A stretch of DNA of 64,000 bases from Alphaproteobacteria bacterium (GTDB lineage: Bacteria > Pseudomonadota > Alphaproteobacteria > GCA-2746255), in the NCBI GenBank assembly GCA_965249135.1, contig OZ252220.1:1728001-1792000 (forward strand), read 5' to 3'. Position numbers and translations under genes: made by a program. Shown here piece after piece: positions 40,667 through 49,984 of the stretch. The stretch's first letter is position 1. Each line of letters starts with the position of its first letter. The notes under the pieces were generated by a model. The model was not told the DNA's origin. It searched no databases and saw nothing but the letters and a program-made list of their open reading frames with translations.

Positions 40667-41701
40667 GTGGAAAGACGCGAGCTCGGTCGCTCCGGAATCC
40701 GGGTCAGCTCAATCTGTCTCGGTACGATGACGTGGGGCGAGCAGAATACGGAAAGCGAGGCCCACGCCCAACTCGATCTGGCACTTGATGCGGGCGTGAA
40801 TTTTATCGACACGGCGGAAATGTATCCGATACTGCCGCGCGCAGAAACCTACGGGCGGACGGAAACCTATATCGGAAGCTGGTTGAAGACGCGCAAGAAG
40901 CGGGACAAAGTTATTCTTGCTACGAAAGTCGTTGGACAAGCGCAATTCTCTTATATCCGGGGTGGAAACCATTGCCTCGACCGTCGCAATATCGAAGAAG
41001 CGGTGGGAAACAGTCTTCGCCGTCTATGCACGGATTACATCGATCTCTATCAACTCCACTGGCCGGATCGAAGCACGAATATCTTCGGCAAACTCGGCTA
41101 CCGCCATACCGAAGAAACCTCCGTGCCGCTCGAGGAAACGCTCGCGGCGCTCGACGATCTCGTGCGGGCCGGAAAGATCCGCATGATCGGCGTTTCGAAC
41201 GAGACGCCGTGGGGGCTGATGCGCTATTTGCAGCTTGCCGAGACGAGGGGATGGGCGCGCATGCAAAGCATCCAGAACCCGTACAGTCTGCTCAACCGAA
41301 GTTTCGAGGTGGGCTTGACGGAAATCGCGATCCGCGAGCGTTGCGGGCTGCTTGCCTATTCACCGCTTGCCTTCGGTACGCTTTCCGGAAAATATCTCGA
41401 CGGCAACCGGCCGGAAGGGGCGAGGCTCACCCTTTTCACCGGGCTGGACCGCTACACGAATCCCCATGCCGAAGCGGCGACGACGGCCTATGTAAAACTG
41501 GCTAGGGCACATGGGCTCGACCCGGCGCAGATGGCGCTGGCTTATGTAACCAGCCGTCCCTTCATGACGAGTGCGATTATCGGGGCGACGACGACGGCAC
41601 AGTTGAAAAGCGATCTCAAAAGTGCTGCACTTTCGCTTCCTAAGGAAGTACTCGAAGGCATCGAAGCCGTTCATACCGCTCACCCGAATCCGGGTCCTTG
41701 A
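40667..41701 (+). CDS. tas: NADP(H)-dependent aldo-keto reductase, Tas-like
   Basis: LGTMTWGEQN, DTAEMYP, YQLHWPDR, SNET, QNPYSLLNR, YSPLAFG. Confidence 0.88.
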   Translation: MERRELGRSGIRVSSICLGTMTWGEQNTESEAHAQLDLALDAGVNFIDTAEMYPILPRAETYGRTETYIGSWLKTRKKRDKVILATKVVGQAQFSYIRGGNHCLDRRNIEEAVGNSLRRLCTDYIDLYQLHWPDRSTNIFGKLGYRHTEETSVPLEETLAALDDLVRAGKIRMIGVSNETPWGLMRYLQLAETRGWARMQSIQNPYSLLNRSFEVGLTEIAIRERCGLLAYSPLAFGTLSGKYLDGNRPEGARLTLFTGLDRYTNPHAEAATTAYVKLARAHGLDPAQMALAYVTSRPFMTSAIIGATTTAQLKSDLKSAALSLPKEVLEGIEAVHTAHPNPGP

Positions 41702-41716
41702 GAAGGAAAGCGGGCC

Positions 41717-42301
41717 GTGCTGCGTCTTTTTGTAGGTATTGCGCTATCGGAGGAAGTGCGGGTCGAATTGGGCACGCTCTGTTCCGGTATTCCCAATGCC
41801 AGATGGGTGCGGCCGGAAAATCTGCACATGACGCTGCGTTTCATCGGCGAGGTGGGCGAAGACGTGGCGGAGGATATCGATGATTCCTTTCGTGAGATTC
41901 GCGGCCAATCCTTTTCGATGTGGCTAAGGGGACTTGGTTTCTTCGGCAACGCACGCAGCCCCCGCCAGATTTGGGTCGGGGTCGAGCGCAACCTTGCCCT
42001 TCACCATCTTCAGGAAAAGATCGAATCCGCCATCGTGCGGGCTGGCTTGCCTCCGGAGCGCCGGAAATTCGTTCCCCACATGACTTTGGCTCGCCTGCGT
42101 GGCCAGAATGTGTCGCGCCTCCAATCCTTTCTTTCGGTACACGAGCCTTTTCGTAAAGGGCCGATCGCGGTTGATCGCTTCACGTTTTTCTCAAGCAAGC
42201 TCTCGCACAACGGGTCCATCTACCGGGCCGAAGCCGACTACCCGCTGGACGGCAATCAGGCGCCAAAGCGGGTTAAGGTTTGTTCGACGGAGCCGACATA
42301 G
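41717..42301 (+). CDS. thpR: RNA 2',3'-cyclic phosphodiesterase (2'-5' RNA ligase family)
   Basis: Two 2H motifs HMTLRF and PHMTLAR; RLFVGI N-terminus. Confidence 0.9.
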   Translation: MLRLFVGIALSEEVRVELGTLCSGIPNARWVRPENLHMTLRFIGEVGEDVAEDIDDSFREIRGQSFSMWLRGLGFFGNARSPRQIWVGVERNLALHHLQEKIESAIVRAGLPPERRKFVPHMTLARLRGQNVSRLQSFLSVHEPFRKGPIAVDRFTFFSSKLSHNGSIYRAEADYPLDGNQAPKRVKVCSTEPT

Positions 42302-43107
42302 CCGCCGCCGAAGAGCCGTACATGAACCAGCAATGGGTAAAGGTTGTAAAGCTCGCACCTGGCTTCCCAAAAGCCTTCGCGCATGGTGCGAAGCTCGCCA
42401 TAGCGTTGGAAGAAGGCCTCGCCAAAGGTCGAGAAGAGGGTCGAGAAGGCCAGCTCGATCTCGGGATCCGCAAAGTAAATGGCGGGATCTACGAAAGCGG
42501 CGATCCGGCCATCTCGTGCCAAGACGTTGCCGCCCCACATGTCGCCGTGGATGAGGGAGGGGGGGCTTGCCTCGTCGATCCACTCATCGAGGCGGGCCGC
42601 GAGCTTGTCGATCCGACCGAGGAGCGCGTTGGGCAATCGCCCTGCCTTCGCCGCCTCGCCGGCCATGTAGCGGAGGCGCTGGTCGCGGAAGAAATCCCGC
42701 CAGGAGGCGGCAGGCTGGTTCGGCTGATGAAGGCCACCGATCAGCGTCGCTTCCTCGAAGCCAAAACTCGGGCCGGAGATGCCATGGAGATCGGCAAGCA
42801 ACTCGGCCGCGTCCTCTTCGACGGACGCCGTGATGGGACCTGAGGTTTCGACATAGGTCATCAGCAAAAGCCGGTCGTCCGCATGAACGACCTCGGGCAC
42901 CGGAAGCCGGCTTTTCTCGTGCAGGAAGCGGAGCATGCGCCCCTCAAGCGCAAGGCCGCTTCCTTCCGCGCCTATTTTCGCAACCAGCCGGTCGCCCCCT
43001 TCGAGATCGACACGGTAGACCGGCGCGATGGAGCCTCCGGAAAGGGGCGCAAGACGCTGGGGGCGTCTGCCTGCGTGCTTGACAATCGCCGCTTCGACGT
43101 CCTTCAC
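42256..43107 (-). CDS. Fructosamine/ribulosamine 3-kinase family protein
   Basis: LSGGSI, LIHGDMWGGN, FVDPAIY, YNLYPLLVHVRLFGGGY; GTG start overlaps the upstream phosphatase stop (GTGA). Confidence 0.88.
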   Translation of the reverse strand: MKDVEAAIVKHAGRRPQRLAPLSGGSIAPVYRVDLEGGDRLVAKIGAEGSGLALEGRMLRFLHEKSRLPVPEVVHADDRLLLMTYVETSGPITASVEEDAAELLADLHGISGPSFGFEEATLIGGLHQPNQPAASWRDFFRDQRLRYMAGEAAKAGRLPNALLGRIDKLAARLDEWIDEASPPSLIHGDMWGGNVLARDGRIAAFVDPAIYFADPEIELAFSTLFSTFGEAFFQRYGELRTMREGFWEARCELYNLYPLLVHVRLFGGGYVGSVEQTLTRFGA

Positions 43108-43589
43108 GCCTGCGCGGCATCCAGGGTGGCCTGGATCTCGGCCAGAAGCCCGGCCGCCCCTTGTTCGACGAGGTCGAGCACCCGGTCGAAGCGATCGACG
43201 TTTCCGTAATAGGGGTCGGGCACGTCGCGCACCAGGGTCTCCGCCGCGAAACTCAGGAAAAGGTGAAGCCGGTCCATACGTTCCGGCGGGCAAAGGCCGA
43301 GCAGGATGGCGTGGTTCCTTCGGTCCATCGCCAGCACGTAGTCGAAATCCTCGAAATCACCTTTCTGGAACTTGCGGGCGCGGAGGTTGCCGATGTCGAC
43401 TCCCCGCTCGCGGGCGGCGGCTTGCGCCCTTGAGTCAGGGGGCTCGCCGACGTGGTAGCTGTGGGTTCCCGCCGAATCGATTTCGACGCAGTGATCGAGT
43501 CCTGCGCCTTCGACCATTGCGCGGAAGATGCCTTCCGCCGTCGGAGAACGGCAGATGTTGCCCATGCAGACGAAAAGAACGCGGATCAC
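43104..43589 (-). CDS. Low molecular weight protein-tyrosine phosphatase family
   Basis: VCMGNICRSP P-loop, DSAGT, VPDPYYG. Confidence 0.93.
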   Translation of the reverse strand: MIRVLFVCMGNICRSPTAEGIFRAMVEGAGLDHCVEIDSAGTHSYHVGEPPDSRAQAAARERGVDIGNLRARKFQKGDFEDFDYVLAMDRRNHAILLGLCPPERMDRLHLFLSFAAETLVRDVPDPYYGNVDRFDRVLDLVEQGAAGLLAEIQATLDAAQA

Positions 43590-43631
43590 ACCTATCTCCT
43601 TTTCCCGAATTGCCGTTAGTATTACGCCGTC

Positions 43632-44384
43632 ATGGAAGATGCGAAAAGCCTATCCATCGTGGTGCTGACGGGGGCCGGGATCTCGAAGGAATCCGGGCTT
43701 TCCACCTTCCGGGACCAGGACGGCATCTGGCTCCGGGACCAGGACGGCATCTGGGCGAAGGTAGCCCTTGAGGACGTCGCAACTCCGGAAGGCTTTCTGC
43801 GCGATCCAAAGCGCGTCCACGCATTCTACAACGACCAGCGCCAGGGCATTCTTTCCGACGCGGTTCGCCCAAACGCCGCTCATACGGCGCTGGCCGAGCT
43901 CGAGGCGCGATGGCCCGGCGAGGTGCTTGTCGTCACGCAAAACATCGACAATTTGCACGAACGCGCCGGTTCGAAGAACGTGATCCACATGCATGGGGAA
44001 CTCTTGAAGGCGCGTTGCGGGGCTTGCGGGTCGGTTTTTGCCTGCAATTTCGACCTCGCGCTCGAGATACCCTGCCCAGAATGCATGCGCGCGGGGGGCT
44101 TGCGCCCACATGTCGTCTGGTTTGGCGAGATGCCCCTCGAAATGAACCGAATTTATGCCGCCCTTGGCGAGTGCGATCTCTTCCTTTCGATCGGGACGTC
44201 GGGGAGCGTCTATCCGGCAGCCGGCTTCGTTCAGGAGGTGGGTCAGAACGGCCGCACGCAAACCGTCGAGCTCAACATGGAACCTTCCGAAGGGCGCTCG
44301 TTTTTCGAAGAGCAACGTTATGGGCCGGCCACGGCGATCGTGCCGGCCTATGTGAGCGAACTGCTGGAGAAGATGCCGGCATGA
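43632..44384 (+). CDS. cobB: NAD-dependent protein deacylase (class III sirtuin)
   Basis: GAGISKESG, TQNIDNLH, HMHG, CxxC...CxxC, VVWFGE, GTSGSVYPAA. Confidence 0.93.
   Translation: MEDAKSLSIVVLTGAGISKESGLSTFRDQDGIWLRDQDGIWAKVALEDVATPEGFLRDPKRVHAFYNDQRQGILSDAVRPNAAHTALAELEARWPGEVLVVTQNIDNLHERAGSKNVIHMHGELLKARCGACGSVFACNFDLALEIPCPECMRAGGLRPHVVWFGEMPLEMNRIYAALGECDLFLSIGTSGSVYPAAGFVQEVGQNGRTQTVELNMEPSEGRSFFEEQRYGPATAIVPAYVSELLEKMPA
43708..43754 (+). repeat. In-frame tandem duplication with 24-bp period inside cobB
   Basis: TCCGGGACCAGGACGGCATCTGG twice (43708-43730, 43732-43754); encodes RDQDGIW-L-RDQDGIW. Confidence 0.95.
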
Positions 44385-44962
44385 CGGCCGCCTTCGATAA
44401 GCTGCTTCGCGAGGTCCGAGCCTGCCAACACTGCAAAGCGTACCTTCCCTTCGCCCCGAAGCCGGTTTTGCGAGCGAGTGCGACGGCGCGCATCCTGATC
44501 ATCGGTCAGGCACCCGGCATGCGTGTTCAGGAGAGCGGCATTCCCTGGAACGATGCTTCCGGCGACAAGCTGCGCGAATGGCTCGAACTTGATTGCGACA
44601 CGTTTTACGACGAAAGCAGGATCGCGATCGTGCCGATGGGGTTTTGCTACCCCGGCAAAGGGCCAGGAGGCGATCTGCCGCCACGGCCGGAATGCGCCCC
44701 CAAATGGCACGAATCCCTGCTTCGGAAGATGCCGAATATCCAACTCACGTTGCTCTTCGGACGCTACGCCCAGGCCCATTACCTGGGCGATGGCGCCCGG
44801 CCGACACTGACGGAAACCGTGCGTGCCTGGCAGGAATTTGCGCCGCGCATCTATCCGCTGCCCCATCCGAGCCCACGCAATCGGCGATGGCTCAAGAAGA
44901 ACCCGTGGTTCGAGAAAGAGGTCGTGACGGCGGTCTGCGCCGTCGTCCACGAACTTCTCTGA
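44381..44962 (+). CDS. Uracil-DNA glycosylase superfamily protein
   Basis: ACQHC, IIGQAPG, FCYPG, PPRPEC, LPHPSPRN; ATGA overlap with the cobB stop. Confidence 0.88.
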   Translation: MTAAFDKLLREVRACQHCKAYLPFAPKPVLRASATARILIIGQAPGMRVQESGIPWNDASGDKLREWLELDCDTFYDESRIAIVPMGFCYPGKGPGGDLPPRPECAPKWHESLLRKMPNIQLTLLFGRYAQAHYLGDGARPTLTETVRAWQEFAPRIYPLPHPSPRNRRWLKKNPWFEKEVVTAVCAVVHELL

Positions 44963-45027
44963 TCGCTGCCTCTTGATCTTCGCTTTTTCAAGGGCCATCC
45001 TGTCGGCTAGGTTCAGGGAGGAAACCC

Positions 45028-45330
45028 ATGTCCGAAAAACTCGTCGGCACGAATCGTTCGACGGCCCTTCATGAGATTCATGGCTGGATCGAACATGAAG
45101 AACGCGATGCGATCCGCAAGACCTTCCATTTCGCCGATTTCTCGGAAGCCTTTGCCTTCATGGCCCGCGTCGCGATCCTGGCCGAGAAGGCTGATCATCA
45201 TCCGGAGTGGTTCAACGTCTACAACCGGGTCGAGATTATCCTAAGCACGCACGATGTCGATGGGCTTACCCGAAAGGACATCGATCTGGCGCGGCGGATC
45301 GACGAAATCGCGCCCGAGCGCGAGAAATAG
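45028..45330 (+). CDS. phhB: Pterin-4-alpha-carbinolamine dehydratase
   Basis: [26 protein letters not shown]. Confidence 0.92.
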   Translation: MSEKLVGTNRSTALHEIHGWIEHEERDAIRKTFHFADFSEAFAFMARVAILAEKADHHPEWFNVYNRVEIILSTHDVDGLTRKDIDLARRIDEIAPEREK

Positions 45331-45350
45331 CCACTAAAACGCGTACCGCT

Positions 45351-46361
45351 TCATTCCTCGCTTTTCGGTGCTTGCGAGGCAGGCGCATTCGTGTCCGACG
45401 CCTTCTTGATGGCGGCGGGACCCGCCCCCTCGATGGCCGCGGCCGAGGCCGGCGTGATTGCCGTCCGTTTGAGGCGGGCCTCGCGTTCCGCGATGTAGAT
45501 GGCGGCCACCGCGATGATGGCTCCGCCCACCCAGGTCATGAGATCCGGCACCTGGGTGAAGACGAGGAAGCCGATGATCGCAACGAAGGGAAGACGCAAG
45601 TAGTCAAAGGGAAGGACCGCGGTCACGTCCGTCACGGCGAAGGCGCGCGTCATCGCCAAATGGCCGATGCTCGCCGATACACCGAGCGCGACCAGCACCG
45701 GCCATTCCTCCCATTGCGGAGTCTTCCAGACGAAGAGCGCCGGAATGAGCGAGATCGGCGTCAGGAACAGGACCATGTAGGTCACCATCGCGTTCGCCGA
45801 TTCGGTCCGCGACAGAATTTTGATCATGATGACGGTGGCCGCCCATGCCACCGCCGCCGTGAGAACGAGAAAGGCCGCTGGATCGATGATGCTGGCGCCG
45901 GGCCGAAGCAGGACCATCGCCCCTAGGAAGCCGACTATTGTCGCGCTCCACCGTCGCCAGCCGACCTGCTCATTAAGGAAGAAGGGTGCGGCGGCGGTGG
46001 CGAAAAGCGGTACCGTGAAGCTGAGGGCGACGGCCTCCGCAAGCGGCATCATCGTGACGGCGGTGAACCAAGTAAGCATCGCGATGAGCCCAAAGACGCT
46101 TCGTACCGTGTAAAGGTCAAGCCGTTCCGTCTTGAGCGCGCCGAAACCGGCACGAAAGAGCCACGGCAACATGAAAACGAGCCCGAAGAGATTCCGGAAG
46201 AAGGCGATCTCGAAAGGGTGGTGATCGTATCGTTCGGCGATGTAACGGATGAGGCCGATGAGCACGGCAAAGGCGGCGGCTGCCGCCATCATCCAAAGGG
46301 CCCCCTGGACGGGCGTGGAAAGCGGTGCGCTCGGTGTGCGAAGGGAAGGCTGGCCTGGCAT
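45351..46361 (-). CDS. DMT/EamA family transporter
   Basis: About 10 TM segments, EIAFFRN, EQVGWRRW, RPG, PFDYLRL. Confidence 0.9.
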   Translation of the reverse strand: MPGQPSLRTPSAPLSTPVQGALWMMAAAAAFAVLIGLIRYIAERYDHHPFEIAFFRNLFGLVFMLPWLFRAGFGALKTERLDLYTVRSVFGLIAMLTWFTAVTMMPLAEAVALSFTVPLFATAAAPFFLNEQVGWRRWSATIVGFLGAMVLLRPGASIIDPAAFLVLTAAVAWAATVIMIKILSRTESANAMVTYMVLFLTPISLIPALFVWKTPQWEEWPVLVALGVSASIGHLAMTRAFAVTDVTAVLPFDYLRLPFVAIIGFLVFTQVPDLMTWVGGAIIAVAAIYIAEREARLKRTAITPASAAAIEGAGPAAIKKASDTNAPASQAPKSEE

Positions 46362-46480
46362 CTTCTCAACTTATGATTCACCCCGGCTTCCGGCAATGGC
46401 CGGAAGCTCGCCAAGGAAGAAGCGGGCTGCCATACTTCTTCAAAGACACGAAACAGGCGTGCTGATTCGGGGGAAGCCAC

Positions 46481-46771
46481 ATGCAGTTTCTGATCATCGC
46501 CAAGGACGGGACGGATGAAGGGGCGCTCGACCGCCGCATGAAGGTGCGCGAAGCGCATCTTGAGGGGGTGCGGAAGATGCGCACGCAAGGTGCGTTCATC
46601 GAAGGGGGCGCCATCCTCGATGACGAAGGCAAGATGGTCGGCTCCTGCATGATCGTCGAGTTTTCTTCCCACGAGACGCTGGACGCCTGGCTACGCAACG
46701 ACCCCTACGTTACCGGCGGCGTTTGGCAGGAAATCGACGTCCGCCCGTTCAAGGTGGCGCCCCTCGGTTAG
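46481..46771 (+). CDS. YciI family protein
   Basis: R...REAHL, GGAIL, GSCMI, DPYVTGGVW. Confidence 0.88.
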   Translation: MQFLIIAKDGTDEGALDRRMKVREAHLEGVRKMRTQGAFIEGGAILDDEGKMVGSCMIVEFSSHETLDAWLRNDPYVTGGVWQEIDVRPFKVAPLG

Positions 46772-46798
46772 AAGCGTTCGGCGGTTAGAAGCGTTCGG
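46765..46798 (+). repeat. Perfect 17-bp tandem duplication across the yciI stop codon
   Basis: CGGTTAGAAGCGTTCGG twice. Confidence 0.9.
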
Positions 46799-46808
46799 AA
46801 GGCCTGTC

Positions 46809-47453
46809 TTAGGCCAGCCCCTCGGCGACGGTGAAATGCGCCTCGGTGCGCGCGCGGATTTCTTCGGCGCTGATTTCAGGCGCAAGCTCGGTGAGCACCA
46901 TGCCATCCTTGTCGATCTCGAACACGCCTATGTCCGAAATCACCAGGTCGACAACACCCGCACCCGTCAGCGGCAGGATGCAACTCTTCAGGAGCTTCGG
47001 CGAGCCATCCTTCGCATTGTGATCCATCATGACGACAACTTTTTTCACGCCGGCGACGAGATCCATCGCGCCGCCCATTCCCTTCACCATCTTCCCAGGG
47101 ATCATCCAGTTGGCGAGATCGCCATTTTCGGCAACCTGCATGGCGCCAAGAATCGAAAGATCGATATGTCCGCCACGGATCATGCCGAAGGACGTGGCAC
47201 TGTCGAAATAGCTGCTGCTGTCGAGTTCCGAGATCGTTTGCTTGCCGGCGTTGATGAGGTCCGGGTCCTCTTCGCCTTCGTAAGGGAAGGGGCCCATGCC
47301 GAGCATGCCGTTCTCGCTCTGCAGGGTTACTTGCATGCCTTCAGGGATGTAGTTCGCAACCAGGGTCGGCATGCCGATCCCCAGATTGACGTAATAGCCG
47401 TCCCGAAGTTCCTGCCCGGCGCGTTGTGCCATCTCATCGCGTGACCAAGGCAT
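46809..47453 (-). CDS. scoB: 3-oxoacid CoA-transferase subunit B
   Basis: [14 protein letters not shown] active site, [10 protein letters not shown]. Confidence 0.93.
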   Translation of the reverse strand: MPWSRDEMAQRAGQELRDGYYVNLGIGMPTLVANYIPEGMQVTLQSENGMLGMGPFPYEGEEDPDLINAGKQTISELDSSSYFDSATSFGMIRGGHIDLSILGAMQVAENGDLANWMIPGKMVKGMGGAMDLVAGVKKVVVMMDHNAKDGSPKLLKSCILPLTGAGVVDLVISDIGVFEIDKDGMVLTELAPEISAEEIRARTEAHFTVAEGLA

Positions 47454-47465
47454 TCCCTTCCTCCC

Positions 47466-48182
47466 TTAAGCCGCTTTTCCGGAACTCGGCCGCGTCGTCA
47501 GCCGTTCGATTCGTTTTTCGAAATGGGTTCCCTCCAGGATTCGTTGAACGAAGATGCCGGGGGTATGGACTTGATCCGGATCCATCTCGCTTGGCTCGAC
47601 GAGCTGTTCGACCTCGACGACGGTGACCTTCGCCGCGGAGGCCATCATCGGATTGAAGTTTCGCGCCGTCTTCCGGTAAAGGAGATTGCCTTCCGTATCC
47701 CCCTTCCACGCCTTCACGATGGCCAGATCACCGACGATCCCGCGCTCCATCACGTAATGTTCGCCGTCGAATTCGCGCGTTTCCTTTCCATCGGCGATGA
47801 TCGTGCCAAAGCCGGTCTTCGTGAAGAAAGCAGGGATGCCGGCACCGCCGGCGCGGATGCGCTCGGCAAGCGTGCCTTGCGGATTGAATTCAAGCTCGAG
47901 TTCGCCGTCCAGGTAGAGCTGTTCGAACAACTTGTTTTCGCCGACATAGGAGGAAACCATTTTGCGGATCTGGCGGGTCTCGAGAAGGATGCCAAGTCCG
48001 AAACCGTCCACCCCGCAATTGTTGCTGACGACGGTAAGGCCCTTGACGCCGGAGTCCCGGATCGCCGCGATCAGGTGTTCTGGTATCCCGCATAGGCCGA
48101 AGCCGCCGGCCAGGATCGTCATATCGTCGAAGAGAAGCCCATCGAGGGCAGATTTCGCGTCCGGATAGACCTTCGAAGACAT
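47466..48182 (-). CDS. scoA: 3-oxoacid CoA-transferase subunit A
   Basis: GGFGLCGIP, SSYVGEN, PQGTLAERIRAGG, TARNFNP; ATG at 48182. Confidence 0.93.
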   Translation of the reverse strand: MSSKVYPDAKSALDGLLFDDMTILAGGFGLCGIPEHLIAAIRDSGVKGLTVVSNNCGVDGFGLGILLETRQIRKMVSSYVGENKLFEQLYLDGELELEFNPQGTLAERIRAGGAGIPAFFTKTGFGTIIADGKETREFDGEHYVMERGIVGDLAIVKAWKGDTEGNLLYRKTARNFNPMMASAAKVTVVEVEQLVEPSEMDPDQVHTPGIFVQRILEGTHFEKRIERLTTRPSSGKAA

Positions 48183-48274
48183 TGCGTTCTTCCTTCCCTG
48201 TCTCGCCGATGACCGGCGTTTTGCGTGTTGACAGGCTGCCGCTTTGGCCCTGTCAACGCGCCCCCCTCTTAACC

Positions 48275-49258
48275 CTATCCGCCTTTCGGCGTGAGCACGA
48301 CCTTGCCGATCGAGCGCCGTGTTTTCAGCAAATTCAAGGCTTCCACCACGCGCTCCAGAGGCAGGGTCTCCGAGACATGGGGCCGTAGCTTGCCCTCTTC
48401 CCACCAGCCGAGCAGCGTCACGAAGGAATCGCGCACCCGCTCCGGGGTTCGTTTCACATAGCTCCCCCACACAAAGCCGTGGACGGTCACGTTCTTGACG
48501 AGCAGCACGTTCGCCGGAATCTGGGGCACCTCGCCGCTTGCAAAGCCGATGAGCAGGATGCGGCCTCCCCAGGCGGTGGCGCGCAGCGACGCCTCGAAGA
48601 CCGGACCACCGACCGGATCAAAGACGACGTCGGCCCCCCGCTCATTGGTGAGTTCCTTGACGCGGGTGCGGATGTCTTCCCCGCGGGAATCGATGCAGAA
48701 ATCCGCCCCATGCTTGGACGCCACCTGGAGTTTCGCCGCGCTGCTCGCGGTGGCGATCACCTTTGCCCCCATCGCCTTTCCGATCTCGACCGCCGTCAGC
48801 CCGACCCCGCCGGCCGCGCCATGGACGAGCAGGGTTTCGCCGGGCTTGAGCGCCGCCCGCCAGGCAAGGGCGCCATGGGAGGTCCCGTAGGCGACGGGAA
48901 AACCGGCCGCGTAGACGAAATCGAGGCGATCGGGGATCGGGAAGACGGCGGACGCTTCCGCAACGGCCTCTTCGGCGAAACCACCCCTCTCGACGACGGC
49001 CATGACCCGTTGGCCCGGCGAAAGGGTGGTGACGTCCTCACCACATTCCATAATGAAGCCCGCCACCTCGAGGCCGGGGGTGAAGGGAAAGGCCGGTTTT
49101 TCCTGGTATTGGCCAGAAATCAGCAATAAATCGGCAAAATTGATGCCCGCCGCTTGGACGCGGATACGAACGCCGCTTGAATGAAGTACCGGCGATGACA
49201 CCTCTTCGAGGCGCAATTTTTCCGGCGGTCCCCATTCCTGGCAAAGAACGGCTTGCAT
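48275..49258 (-). CDS. NADPH:quinone oxidoreductase family (MDR) protein
   Basis: GINFAD, PFTPGLE, HGAAGGVG, DPVGG, GFASG, GKVVL. Confidence 0.9.
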   Translation of the reverse strand: MQAVLCQEWGPPEKLRLEEVSSPVLHSSGVRIRVQAAGINFADLLLISGQYQEKPAFPFTPGLEVAGFIMECGEDVTTLSPGQRVMAVVERGGFAEEAVAEASAVFPIPDRLDFVYAAGFPVAYGTSHGALAWRAALKPGETLLVHGAAGGVGLTAVEIGKAMGAKVIATASSAAKLQVASKHGADFCIDSRGEDIRTRVKELTNERGADVVFDPVGGPVFEASLRATAWGGRILLIGFASGEVPQIPANVLLVKNVTVHGFVWGSYVKRTPERVRDSFVTLLGWWEEGKLRPHVSETLPLERVVEALNLLKTRRSIGKVVLTPKGG

Positions 49259-49398
49259 CTTGGTTTTTCCGATCCGATCTCGTATGACACTAGGATCTAC
49301 TTCCGGCGAAGGACACCGGGACAGACTTTTTACCTAAACCGGCGAGGTGTTGGAAGTCGATGGTTAAGCTGCGGAGGAGAAGGGAAGGGAAGACCCGA

Positions 49399-49920
49399 AT
49401 GCTGCGAAGGGGAAGCAGGCAGCTCCTTCTTGTCGTGGCGTTTCTTTTCGTTTTCGGTCCGGCCTTGGCAGACGAAATCAAGGGCCTCGGCGCGTTCAAG
49501 CGGTGGGATGCCTATTACTACACCGAGAATGACGCAAAGGTTTGCTACATCGCCTCGCGACCCGTGAAAGAAGAAGGTGACTACGTCCGCCGGGGCGAGG
49601 TGTTTATCCTAGTCACGCATCGCCCCGCCGCAAAAACCCGAGACGTTGTCAGTTTCCAGGCCGGCTATTCCTTCAAGGAAGGAGCCAGCGTAACGATCAC
49701 AATCGACAAGGTGACGAGATTCACGTTGTTCACGGAAGGGGACCTGGCCTGGGCGGAGGATACGAAAACCGATCAGGCCCTCATCGCCGCCATGAAGAAG
49801 GGAAGCCGCATGGTCGTCGGCGGCACTTCCAAGCGGGGGACGAAAACGACGGACACTTACTCGCTGGCCGGTTTTACGGCATCCCATCGGGCCATCACCC
49901 TCGCCTGCGGCCTCGAATAG
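49399..49920 (+). CDS. Invasion-associated locus B (IalB) family protein
   Basis: Signal peptide, W...[22 protein letters not shown], terminal Cys; upstream of rlmN. Confidence 0.8.
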   Translation: MLRRGSRQLLLVVAFLFVFGPALADEIKGLGAFKRWDAYYYTENDAKVCYIASRPVKEEGDYVRRGEVFILVTHRPAAKTRDVVSFQAGYSFKEGASVTITIDKVTRFTLFTEGDLAWAEDTKTDQALIAAMKKGSRMVVGGTSKRGTKTTDTYSLAGFTASHRAITLACGLE

Positions 49921-49984
49921 CCGACGGAATTCGAACGAAAACCATTGCGTTTTCGGCACTTCCACCGCTATCACACGGACCATC

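Noticed and set aside
43910-44380. Apparent 157-aa N-terminal extension of the UDG ORF overlapping cobB (similar extensions on scoA, the fructosamine kinase, trpA, pseC, the GNAT and the ABC permease)
   Set aside because: ORF-caller artefacts from distant upstream start codons. Family homology begins at downstream starts that fit stop/start coupling.
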